Of a stretch of 64,000 bases of DNA, positions 50,120-59,400 are shown in pieces. Position 1 is the stretch's first letter, and the number at the start of each line of letters is the position of its first letter. The notes beneath the pieces were generated by a model. That model saw only the letters and a program-made list of their open reading frames with translations, made no database searches and was not told the DNA's origin. Made by a program: the position numbers and the translations under genes. This DNA comes from Candidatus Limnocylindrales bacterium (lineage in GTDB: Bacteria > Moduliflexota > Moduliflexia > Moduliflexales > JAUQPW01): the NCBI GenBank assembly GCA_035559535.1, contig DATMBG010000044.1, forward strand, positions 1 to 64,000. Reading direction: 5' to 3'.

Positions 50120-51151
50120 TTACCCTTCGCCTGCTCCATTCATCCCACGTCGGTAAATTTCCTTGATCACACTTTCCAGTCTCGGCTCTTGTACATTTAA
50201 ATCTGCAATATCCAGACTATTCAGAAGTCCCCCGATAAGTTCTGGAACATCCTGTTCCAGGGTATTAACTTCCAGAGATACAAACTTTTGCCTTTGCTCC
50301 AGAACCCGAGTTTTTTTGAGAATTTCCCTTAGGAGAGCCGGATTTTTAATCCCATGATATTCGAACTCAATCCGCTTCCATTGAACGTATTTTCTTTTGA
50401 TTTCCGTCAGAGGTCCATCGTAGATAATCCTCCCTTCATCAATGATCAGAATCCGCTCACATAGGGCTTCAATATCATTCATATCATGGGTGGTGAGCAT
50501 GATGGTTGTTTTATCCTCCTGATTGATCCGGGTCAGAAAATTCCGGATCTCCTCTTTTGCCAGCACATCCAATCCGATGGTCGGCTCGTCCAGGAAGACA
50601 ACTTCAGGCTTATGGAGTAAAGATGCCGCTATCTCACATCGCATGCGCTCTCCCAAGGAGAGTTTACGGACTGGGATATGGAGAAACTGGTCGATTTTAA
50701 GAATTTCTGAGAAGAGGTCCAGCCGTTCTTGAAAGGTTTTAGGATTCAACTCATAGATGTCTCGATAAAGCCGAAAGGAATCGATGACCGGGATATCAAA
50801 CTCCAGCAGGCTACGGTTTCCAAATACCACCCCGATGTGATAAGTATATTCATATCTTTGTTTGTAAGGAACAAATCCGGCTACCTGGACCTCCCCCTCG
50901 GTAGGAGTTAAGACACCCGTCAAAATCTTAATGGTGGTGCTTTTCCCGGCCCCATTAGGCCCCACATAACCGATAAACTCTCCCTTTTTAACCTCAAAGG
51001 AGATATGTTTTAAAACCCTTTTCGTTTCCCACTCCCGATAAAAGATACTCCAGATTTTTTTAGCCAGGCTCGGATTAACATCCTTTTTAGGAACTTTAAA
51101 GTCTTTAACAAGTTGATGTACTTTGATGATCGTATCCACTTTAACCCCCAT
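50120..51151 (-). CDS. ABC-2-type exporter ATPase
   Basis: GPNGAGKST, LSLGERMR, FLDEPTIGLD. Confidence 0.9.
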   Translation of the reverse strand: MGVKVDTIIKVHQLVKDFKVPKKDVNPSLAKKIWSIFYREWETKRVLKHISFEVKKGEFIGYVGPNGAGKSTTIKILTGVLTPTEGEVQVAGFVPYKQRYEYTYHIGVVFGNRSLLEFDIPVIDSFRLYRDIYELNPKTFQERLDLFSEILKIDQFLHIPVRKLSLGERMRCEIAASLLHKPEVVFLDEPTIGLDVLAKEEIRNFLTRINQEDKTTIMLTTHDMNDIEALCERILIIDEGRIIYDGPLTEIKRKYVQWKRIEFEYHGIKNPALLREILKKTRVLEQRQKFVSLEVNTLEQDVPELIGGLLNSLDIADLNVQEPRLESVIKEIYRRGMNGAGEG

Positions 51152-51950
51152 AACTATTATACCATGCCAGTCCTTTCTGATAGAGAATCTTAGAGAAAAT
51201 CATGAAGCATACTGTCCAGATGAGTTGAAGTCCGAGTTGATGGAGGGCTTCTGGGACCGGATATTTCTTTAAATACAGATAGACCGGATTAAACAACATG
51301 TATTTAAAGGGCAAAAGCGAAGCCACGGTAAGAAGGGTACCTGGAAACATCGTTAAGGGGATCAACTCTCCACTGAAAAACATGCGTATGCTGCGAACAG
51401 CTTGAGTAATCCCAAAGATTTCATCGGCCCAAAAGGACAAGAGCCCGATGCTGAAGTAGAAAAAGTAGTTGAGGCAAATAGCCAGAACAAAAGACGCGCC
51501 AAAAAGAAGCCAATAGACCAGGTCATCGAGTATATACCAGCCCATCACAAAACTCACTATAAGAAATAGCCCTATACTCAGCAGGCCATCGACCAGGGTA
51601 TTAAAATTTAATTTAAAAAAGACATATTTCTGAAATGTGACTGGCCGGGTGATAATAGCCGTTAACTGCCCACTTTTGATAATTTCTTCAATTTCTTCAG
51701 AAGTCTCCGTAAAGGGGAAGCTAATAAATATAAACCGGGCCAGAACCATATAAACGAAAAATCGAGAAAACTCCATCCCCCCCAGTTCAGTCTTGCCTGA
51801 AAACCTGAAGATGAGTTTCCAAAGAAAGTAAACAATGATCAGGTACATGGGTATTTCCAAATACCGCATGAGGAAGTCGAATTTAAACTCGTTTACCCGT
51901 TTAAAGCTGATTCTAATAAGGGAGAGATACTTGGCTTCTATGATTCTCAT
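51141..51950 (-). CDS. ABC-2 family permease (DUF990-like)
   Basis: IKSGQL..ITRP, FSGELIPL.MFP; 6 TMs. Confidence 0.85.
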   Translation of the reverse strand: MRIIEAKYLSLIRISFKRVNEFKFDFLMRYLEIPMYLIIVYFLWKLIFRFSGKTELGGMEFSRFFVYMVLARFIFISFPFTETSEEIEEIIKSGQLTAIITRPVTFQKYVFFKLNFNTLVDGLLSIGLFLIVSFVMGWYILDDLVYWLLFGASFVLAICLNYFFYFSIGLLSFWADEIFGITQAVRSIRMFFSGELIPLTMFPGTLLTVASLLPFKYMLFNPVYLYLKKYPVPEALHQLGLQLIWTVCFMIFSKILYQKGLAWYNSYGG

Positions 51951-51995
51951 AATTCTAACTTTTAACCTTTTAAACCCTGAAAAGGGAGTAACTCT

Positions 51996-52949
51996 CTAAC
52001 CCCCGACGTTTTCATACCGTCGAATTCCTCGTCTCCAGACCTGATAAACCAGATAAGTCCAAAGACTTGCAATAAGTAACTCACCACTGAGAACCCCGAG
52101 ACCTTGGATCACCGGAAACTCAACCAAAACAAGGGTTGGATAGGTAGCGATAAAAATAACCGGCAGGAAAACCGTAAAAAATGCGATGACGAGTTTTGGA
52201 AAGATCGTGATTGGGTACCGGTTGATCAGAAACCCGGCTTGAAGTAATTCGGTAAAAGCATTAGTACGTCCCAACCAGAAGGAAAGGGACTGCAAGAAGA
52301 TGGTAACCATCATAATCAAATAGGTCCCTATAAATACTATTAACAGGGCCAGAACCATCTTGAATAAGGTCACACTGATATGGTATCGGATCAAAACGAC
52401 CCCAATCATTACAAGACCTAGGGACGCTTCAAACAATCGATAGATCAAAAGGTTTTGACCGATGATGGCAAAAAGGACGCTGACAGGGCGGACCAGGAAG
52501 ACATCCAGATCTCCTTTGACAATGCGTCGGTTAATCGTCCACATGGCCCAGAAAACGACCATTAAGGATTGATTAAAAAACACAAACCCGGTAAGAATGG
52601 TCAGGGTAGGAAATTCCCATTCCTGGAGCTGAGGAATGTGATTTAAGATAATACGCCAAAAATAGATATAAATAAAAAGAGTTACAATCTGTTGGGTATT
52701 ATTTAAGAAAAAGTTAAACTTATATTCCGTGCTCCGCTTCCAGCTAATAACGGCAAACCGATAGAAGAGCCTCAGGTGTTTCAGGATATAGGCCAGCTTG
52801 CTGGTTCGGTCCCAGGGACTTTTTTCTGAAGTCTGCCTGACAGGCCTGGATATTCCTTCTACCCGCTGGTCGGATCCATTGAGATCAGACGTTAAGGTAT
52901 TTTCCGCCACTTGATCTGTAAGAGGGGATTTTTCTGGATTAATTCCCAT
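51996..52949 (-). CDS. ABC-2 family permease (DUF990-like)
   Basis: GDLDVFLVRP, YPITIFP, GIRRYE..GG. Start uncertain. Confidence 0.8.
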   Translation of the reverse strand: MGINPEKSPLTDQVAENTLTSDLNGSDQRVEGISRPVRQTSEKSPWDRTSKLAYILKHLRLFYRFAVISWKRSTEYKFNFFLNNTQQIVTLFIYIYFWRIILNHIPQLQEWEFPTLTILTGFVFFNQSLMVVFWAMWTINRRIVKGDLDVFLVRPVSVLFAIIGQNLLIYRLFEASLGLVMIGVVLIRYHISVTLFKMVLALLIVFIGTYLIMMVTIFLQSLSFWLGRTNAFTELLQAGFLINRYPITIFPKLVIAFFTVFLPVIFIATYPTLVLVEFPVIQGLGVLSGELLIASLWTYLVYQVWRRGIRRYENVGG

Positions 52950-53523
52950 GATTTTTTCCGGCATTAGCCTTGATAAATTCGGTGATGATTTCTTCATCAT
53001 AATCATTGAGCTTAGCCAGTTTTCCCCAGGCAGTCAGGGCAATTTTAGCGTCCATATCCGGATAGGGGGCCATAATCACATGCTCAGAGGATCTGGTATG
53101 CTTTTCCAACTTTGCAATCAGATCATCACAATTTTTACAGTTATACTGAATCAGGACCCCACCATGTTCCAGTTCGTGAACCTGAATTTCCTTTGGAATC
53201 GGTTGATTAGAGATCTTTTGTTCTACATGCCCCTCAAAATGAGGCCCGGAGGTAGGTGGATTTGTATTATAGGGCTCATGGGGCTGGGTCAGACTACTCA
53301 AATGCGGGGAATCCATAATAGGAACTGCATATTTGGTGATTTCGGTCATATAATCATATCCCAGATACCCTGAGACACCTAAGGCCATAACCAAAACGGC
53401 ATAAGTAAGATACTTTTTACGTTTTTTTGCCGCTAAGATTCTCTCCCTTTCCAGCCTTTTTTGCTCTTTAAATTGTTTTTTACGATCTTTTTTAGTAAAA
53501 TTTTGTTCATTAGGTTGTGGCAT
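52939..53523 (-). CDS. DUF3105-like membrane-anchored protein
   Basis: YNTNPPTSGPH, VHELEHGGVLIQYNC, IALTAWG. Confidence 0.8.
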   Translation of the reverse strand: MPQPNEQNFTKKDRKKQFKEQKRLERERILAAKKRKKYLTYAVLVMALGVSGYLGYDYMTEITKYAVPIMDSPHLSSLTQPHEPYNTNPPTSGPHFEGHVEQKISNQPIPKEIQVHELEHGGVLIQYNCKNCDDLIAKLEKHTRSSEHVIMAPYPDMDAKIALTAWGKLAKLNDYDEEIITEFIKANAGKNHGN

Positions 53524-53669
53524 AAGTTTCCCTCACTTCCAATCCCCCTAAAAATCATTTCTTATTGACTTTTTCACTATTCGATTTTAGTCTCATGTTA
53601 TAAATTTAATATAGGTATTGGCTCAAGGGCCATCCCAATTTTTATGATTTAATCTAAGAAGCATAGGAC

Positions 53670-54746
53670 ATGGCAAGGCAGACACTTCTCTATGAGATCC
53701 ATAAATCGTTAGGAGCTACCTTTCGGGAATATGGGGAATGGGAGCTTCCGGAAACATTTACAGGGATATTCTCCGAATATCAAGCGGTTCGGAACCAGGT
53801 GGGTTTGATGGATCTATCTTTTCGAGGTAAAATTCGGCTGGCAGGACCTGAGCGAACCCCGTTTCTCCATGGAATGGTTACCCAGGATATCAAAGGGATT
53901 CAGGAAGGTTTCGGAGCCTATGCCCTCATGACCGATCCGAAAGCGCATATTCTGGCCGATATGAAAGTTTATAACCTGGGAGATTGGTTTCTCTTAGATG
54001 TGGAACCGGAACTTAAGAACAAAATTATTACTACGTTAGATAAATATCTCCTGGTGGAGGCTACCCTTACCGATATAAGTGATCAATATGGTCTGCTATC
54101 CCTGCAGGGACCCAAATCAGAAACCCTTCTCCGTACTCTCCTATCAGAGCCCATAATACCGACAGAAGAATATCAACACCTGCGAAGTAAGCTGGTGGGG
54201 GTGGAAATCCTTGTAATTCGAACCGGGTATACGGGAGAAATAGGGTTTGAGTTGTTAGTTCCTCAAGAGCAAATAAAAGAAGTTTGGGATGTGTTAACGC
54301 TTCAGGATTCTGTGACTCCTGTAGGAATGGCGGTGCTGGATATTCTGCGCCTGGAAGCAGGCATTCCCCGTTATGGGATCGATATGGATGAAAACAATCT
54401 TCCTCTGGAAGTAGGGGTTGAGAAACAAGCCATCAGCTATACCAAAGGGTGTTATATTGGACAGGAAGTTATTGCCAGAATGAAATACCGGGGTCATGCG
54501 AACCGGTTTTTGATGGGTCTTAAATTTCAAGGAGAAAAGGTCCCTCAAAAAAAGGACAAAATTCGAAAGGAAGATAAAGAAATCGGATGGGTGACCAGTG
54601 CTGTTTTCTCTCCCGGCTTTAAAAGCGTTCTTGGGATGGGATATATTCATCGGGAATATGCGCAACCCGGAATCTTTGTTAGTGTAGAAACTGCCCTAGG
54701 ATCCCTGGAAGGAGAGATCGTTGCTTTACCTTTTTACAAAAAATAA
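53670..54746 (+). CDS. YgfZ/GcvT-family folate-binding protein
   Basis: RTGYTGE.GFEL, RLEAG, KGCYIGQE signature. Confidence 0.85.
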   Translation: MARQTLLYEIHKSLGATFREYGEWELPETFTGIFSEYQAVRNQVGLMDLSFRGKIRLAGPERTPFLHGMVTQDIKGIQEGFGAYALMTDPKAHILADMKVYNLGDWFLLDVEPELKNKIITTLDKYLLVEATLTDISDQYGLLSLQGPKSETLLRTLLSEPIIPTEEYQHLRSKLVGVEILVIRTGYTGEIGFELLVPQEQIKEVWDVLTLQDSVTPVGMAVLDILRLEAGIPRYGIDMDENNLPLEVGVEKQAISYTKGCYIGQEVIARMKYRGHANRFLMGLKFQGEKVPQKKDKIRKEDKEIGWVTSAVFSPGFKSVLGMGYIHREYAQPGIFVSVETALGSLEGEIVALPFYKK

Positions 54747-54763
54747 CCCCTAGAAGAGAAATT

Positions 54764-55288
54764 ATGTATATTACCGAGGCCATTATTTTAATCGGTCATG
54801 GGGCTGTGGCATCTGATACACCTAAGGCCCTGGTTTCCGAGTTAAAGGCCTTAGAAGCCCAAAGACGGGCGCGGGGATTATCAGAAATGAGTGCCCGGGA
54901 AGCCGAGTTGGACAAGTTGATTCGAGAGTGGCCCAGAACCCCCCAGACAGATCCCTACAAATGGGGGCTCGAAACTCTCGCCGAGAAATTAAAGGCCCGG
55001 CTGAACGGTTGCCATCTCGTTACGGCCTATAATGAGTTTTGTGCTCCCAGTTTACAGGAAGCCATTAAGGGATTGGTAGAAGAAGGAATTCAACGGATTA
55101 CCCTACTGACCACCATGTTTACTCCGGGTGGCGTGCACTCTGAGATAGAAATCCCACAAACTCTCCAGACCATCCGTCAGCGCTATCCTGATTTAATACT
55201 GGAATATGCCTGGCCCTTTGACTTAGAATATGTGGCAGATTTTTTGATAGGGCATCTGGAGAGAGTCACGCACGCTGTAAACAGGTAA
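54764..55288 (+). CDS. CbiX/SirB-like chelatase domain protein
   Basis: LIGHG, AYNEFCAPSL, GGVHSEIEIP. Confidence 0.75.
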   Translation: MYITEAIILIGHGAVASDTPKALVSELKALEAQRRARGLSEMSAREAELDKLIREWPRTPQTDPYKWGLETLAEKLKARLNGCHLVTAYNEFCAPSLQEAIKGLVEEGIQRITLLTTMFTPGGVHSEIEIPQTLQTIRQRYPDLILEYAWPFDLEYVADFLIGHLERVTHAVNR

Positions 55289-55456
55289 GATAAGAGTCCG
55301 CGCGCCGTTAACTTAATGGATCATTCCGTAAATTGCTAATTGACGTTACAGGTAGGAAGAATCATTGATTCATCCTGGGTAAAATGGCATTTCGCCCTAC
55401 AACCTTAAACCAGCCTCACTGAAGATGGGAGTGGGGGATAGGGCACGAGATTGACC

Positions 55457-55762
55457 ATGCTGGCATTTTTATTAGATCTACTGATTGCCCTTCTAATAGT
55501 ACTGATCATTACCCGTATTTTAAGTTACCTCTTTGAGGAGATTATCCGACAACGGGGGCAATTCAAGCGTGCGGTTGTTAAACTGGCGGCACAACCCGGA
55601 GGAATAACTCCGACCAAACTGGCCTTAGAACAAAATATATCCGTTAAACAGGCAACTAAAATCTTAAACAAATTGGTTAAGGAAGGTTATCTGGACACAA
55701 CAGTCGATGAAAAAGGGATTCTGACTTATAAGCTGCTCGATACCACCATACGGCTGGAATAA
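55457..55762 (+). CDS. Hypothetical: N-terminal TM plus winged-helix-like domain
   Basis: Hydrophobic start; GGITPTKLA..ISVKQA..LNKLVKEG. Confidence 0.6.
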   Translation: MLAFLLDLLIALLIVLIITRILSYLFEEIIRQRGQFKRAVVKLAAQPGGITPTKLALEQNISVKQATKILNKLVKEGYLDTTVDEKGILTYKLLDTTIRLE

Positions 55763-55854
55763 CAGATGCGCTTACCTGCCTGTCATAGGTTTAGAAACCC
55801 GGAGATGGAAAGATAAAAACCCATCTTCTACCCCTCCGGGTTAGACCTTCCCTT

Positions 55855-56073
55855 TTATTTCCATTCCGAAGTGTAACCGGCCTTAGGTTCTCCATCTTCT
55901 CCTATCGGGATAGCCTCATCAATGAGCATAATCGGTATATCGTCTTTAATAGGATAGATAACTTTACAGGTCGGGCAAATCAAGCCACTTCCTTTTGGGC
56001 GCTCTTTTAAAATGACCCCGGTTTTACATTTGGGGCAGGCTAAAATATCCAGTAATTCTTGACTAATGGGCAT
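55855..56073 (-). CDS. Trm112/YcaR-family protein
   Basis: LLDILACPKCK...CPTC..YPIKDDIPIMLIDEA. Confidence 0.9.
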   Translation of the reverse strand: MPISQELLDILACPKCKTGVILKERPKGSGLICPTCKVIYPIKDDIPIMLIDEAIPIGEDGEPKAGYTSEWK

Positions 56074-56140
56074 AGGGTCTGTTTTCCGTTGTTCATTGCC
56101 CCTTGCTTTTTATCCAGATCCAAGAACAACAAACAACGGA

Positions 56141-57103
56141 TTAGAGTTTCAGCATCTCTTTCATCCATTGAATTTCCTCCCGTAGTCCTTCTTCTATACC
56201 GACTTTAGGAGAAAACCCTAACTCTCTCTTTGCCCGGGAGGTATCGGCGTAGGTATGGCCTACATCGCCTTTCTGAGTTGCCTGATAATGGACTTTTACA
56301 GATTTACCCAACAGGGTTTGGATTAGTTCGATAAGTTTATTCAGGAGGATACGGGAGCCACCGCCAATATTAAACACCTCTCCAGAACGAGGGTATTTCA
56401 TAGCCAGGATATTGGCTTCTACGGCATCTGCAACAAAGGTGAAGTCCCGGGTTTGTTCTCCATTTCCATACACTTCGATGGGCTCTCCTAAAAGGACCGA
56501 TTTAATAAATTTGTGAATGGCCATATCCGGACGTTGGCGGGGTCCATAGACCGTAAAGTATCTCAAGGAAATAGTAGGTATGCTAAAATTTTTCCAATAC
56601 AAGTAACAAAGATGTTCGGCAGCCAGCTTGGTAACTCCATAGGGAGATACCGGATGTAGGGGAGAGTCTTCTTGCATGGGAAGAACCGACGTATCTCCAT
56701 ACACTGAAGAGGAAGAAGCATAGATAAATTTCTCAATCTGAGGTGCTGTTTTACAGGCTTCTAACAATTTTTGGGTTGCATCGATATTATTCTCTGTGTA
56801 GACGATAAAATTGGATCCCCAACTGGCTCTCACGCCGGCCTGGGCAGCTTGATGGAAAATATATTTAACCCGGGACAGGTAAGGTTGTAAGTCCAGATGC
56901 AATAAATTCCCCTCAATAAAAGAAAAGCGTGGGTGTTTTTTCAGCTTAGTAAGATTCTTTTCTTTTACAGCCCGGGGGTAATAATCCATGAAAGCGTCGA
57001 TTCCGATAACCTCATAACCCAAATCGAGCAGTCGCTCTGAGAGGTGGGAACCTATAAATCCGGCAGCACCCGTCACCAGGCATGAAATCGAGGTTTCTTT
57101 CAT
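56141..57103 (-). CDS. NAD-dependent epimerase (UDP-glucuronate/UDP-glucose 4-epimerase-like)
   Basis: TGAAGFIG, AAQAGVR, YGVTK, FTVYGPRQRPDMA. Confidence 0.9.
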   Translation of the reverse strand: MKETSISCLVTGAAGFIGSHLSERLLDLGYEVIGIDAFMDYYPRAVKEKNLTKLKKHPRFSFIEGNLLHLDLQPYLSRVKYIFHQAAQAGVRASWGSNFIVYTENNIDATQKLLEACKTAPQIEKFIYASSSSVYGDTSVLPMQEDSPLHPVSPYGVTKLAAEHLCYLYWKNFSIPTISLRYFTVYGPRQRPDMAIHKFIKSVLLGEPIEVYGNGEQTRDFTFVADAVEANILAMKYPRSGEVFNIGGGSRILLNKLIELIQTLLGKSVKVHYQATQKGDVGHTYADTSRAKRELGFSPKVGIEEGLREEIQWMKEMLKL

Positions 57104-57107
57104 TTCT

Positions 57108-57995
57108 CTACTCCTCTTCTCCATCCCCTTTGTCAGATACCGTCTCCGGGGTACCTGCGAGTTGGAATTTTTCTAATTTAGCTTCGATAGACCCTATTTT
57201 GATATTGCTTTTCATTTTAACGGGGATCTTTCGTTCATCATCGGTAAACCAGATGGTCATATTACCGGATTCCAGGATACCATGAAATTTTATTTCGGGC
57301 TCAACCACCACCGTATTGTAAGTCCCTGCAGGCACTGTAACCTGTTCCTTTCTCAAAACCTGGGCCTTAACACGCCAGTTTTTCTTAGAGGAGAAAACAT
57401 CAATATAGATGAAATTACCAACCTGTAAATCCAGGGTCCTTGCATAATAAATCAAGGACAGCTCATCCTGAACCCCGGGTAAGGTATAATAAGCCTGCCC
57501 TTTATAAAATACTCGATTTTGCTCCTGATCAAAAATAAATTCTCGATTACTTTCAGAATTCCCTTCCCGTTCTATTTTTTGGTACCGTCGGGAAAATAAA
57601 CCCTTGGTATCAAAAAAACTTTCTAATGTATCATGCATTTTATAGAAAACAGAAAAGAATTTATTGGTTTTGGCCACCGAAACAATTCGGAAAACCTCAT
57701 GGCCTTCATAGGAAAGAAGTTCTTTAACTTCCAGAGAGGCGGTTCCCGCATCGATACCCGACCAGGAAACCGAAAAAATCATTTTTTCCCCAACCCCAAA
57801 GGGAAGCGTCCGAGGTATTTTGGGTCTAGACCCATTGGTTTCTTCTGGATTTGCGGGTACAACAACCCGGGCTTCAAGAACAGATTTTCTTTCTGAAATA
57901 GGCGGATCAAACAAGCTTTGGGTAAATCCGGGCGAAACAGGACCTGAAATAATTCCACAACAAAGGACGGTAAGGATGGTACGAATTCTTAACAT
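57108..57995 (-). CDS. DUF3108-like exported protein
   Basis: Signal, PFGVGE, VTVPAGTY, IWFTDDERKIPVK. Confidence 0.8.
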   Translation of the reverse strand: MLRIRTILTVLCCGIISGPVSPGFTQSLFDPPISERKSVLEARVVVPANPEETNGSRPKIPRTLPFGVGEKMIFSVSWSGIDAGTASLEVKELLSYEGHEVFRIVSVAKTNKFFSVFYKMHDTLESFFDTKGLFSRRYQKIEREGNSESNREFIFDQEQNRVFYKGQAYYTLPGVQDELSLIYYARTLDLQVGNFIYIDVFSSKKNWRVKAQVLRKEQVTVPAGTYNTVVVEPEIKFHGILESGNMTIWFTDDERKIPVKMKSNIKIGSIEAKLEKFQLAGTPETVSDKGDGEEE

Positions 57996-58246
57996 AGAAC
58001 GTGATCCTCCTCTGCCTTAAAATTTTCAGTAGGTTCCGTTTGAGCTAAGGTTTTAACTTATATTACTCTACAAAATCTGTCAAGTAAGGAATTTCAATAG
58101 GTATCTGTATCAATCTAGCAGGTGGCCAAAAAGGCCAATTTCCTGAGAAATCCTCAATTCGTGTATCAATAAAGAATGTATTACTAAATCATGACAGACT
58201 CATTTCAACGACTCGAAGAAGTCTGATAATCTCTCCGACTTTTATA

Positions 58247-58275
58247 TTGACAAAAACCTGGAAATGCCCTATTAT
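58247..58275 (+). promoter_or_regulatory. Sigma70-type promoter
   Basis: TTGACA-17 bp-TATTAT. Confidence 0.55.
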
Positions 58276-58347
58276 CGGATTACCTTTTTAATTGCGCACT
58301 TTGTTACCTTACTGAATAATTTATAACCTTTTAGATTAAAAGGAGAG

Positions 58348-59088
58348 ATGACTACCATGATTAAGAAGCCTTATTTTCTTGCTGGTTTTGTTCTACTGGC
58401 TCTTGTTTCCAACGTAGGCCTGGTTTTGGCTCAAACCCCTCCTGAAACTCCTTCCTGGAACGTAAATTATGAAACTTCCTACTATGGAGATACCCTACGG
58501 CTTCCTTATCCGCCTCCGGTACCTTATTCCCACATAGACCCTTCTGCCAAAGTATATCCGGAACCTTATCCTTGGCCATCTCGAGGTTGTTATCCTTCGC
58601 CGTGTTATCCACCAGGACCTTATGAGGGTCGGGGATATTTTAGTGAAAGAGGACTTTATAGCTATGGACTCAATCTTGTCTACAGCCACAGATGCGGGGA
58701 AGCCCTTCGGGTTTTTAGAGATTTTCTTTACTACTATCCTTACTCCAGTCTGGCAGATAACGCCGTTTATTGGACCGGCGAGTGTTATTATTATATGAAA
58801 AATTACCATCGCGCTATTCGCGAATTTGATAAGGTTATTCGGCGTATAGGAGGAAACAAAGTACCCGATGCCATGCTAAAAAAAGGCTATTCGTATCTCT
58901 CCTTGGGAAGGTATGACGCTGCCTTTAGAACTCTGGAAGATCTTATTTACCGCTATCCCCGGTCTCGACCGGCCTATCTGGCCAGAATGACTTTAAACCG
59001 CTATTATGGGGGATATTATCCTTATTACGGCAGATACTCCTATTACTTTCCACCTTCTTATTGTCGTCCTTGTTATGGTTACTATTAA
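58348..59088 (+). CDS. Exported YbgF/CpoB-like TPR protein with Tyr/Pro-rich flanks
   Basis: YPYSSLADNAVYWTGE, KVPDAMLKKG, LIYRYPRS. Confidence 0.75.
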   Translation: MTTMIKKPYFLAGFVLLALVSNVGLVLAQTPPETPSWNVNYETSYYGDTLRLPYPPPVPYSHIDPSAKVYPEPYPWPSRGCYPSPCYPPGPYEGRGYFSERGLYSYGLNLVYSHRCGEALRVFRDFLYYYPYSSLADNAVYWTGECYYYMKNYHRAIREFDKVIRRIGGNKVPDAMLKKGYSYLSLGRYDAAFRTLEDLIYRYPRSRPAYLARMTLNRYYGGYYPYYGRYSYYFPPSYCRPCYGYY

Positions 59089-59400
59089 CTTTTGTAATAA
59101 CAAGAAGTTAGCTAAAGGAGCGACGGGAACCTATTAAAGACAGGCAAGACACCTGTGTTCCCTGGTAAGGTGAAGGGGACGAAGCCATCTCTTCCCTCTT
59201 ACTCCTCATCGAATTCCTATCGATTTTCCAGTACTTTCCTTGGGAGAGGGGGATAGGAATGGGGACCACAAACTATGCCGCTCTGTCTTTCCCATATATG
59301 AGGGCCAGGAAATTCCCTACCACTGGAGATGGGTTCTTTTAGTGGAGATAGATTAGTAAGTCCGCGAAATAGGGGGTACGGTAACGAGGATCCCGAATAC

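Noticed and set aside
49912-50139. 76-aa N-terminal extension of the D-aminoacylase
   Set aside because: Family-like sequence begins at MDYTI with its own SD; the extension crosses degenerate repeat DNA.
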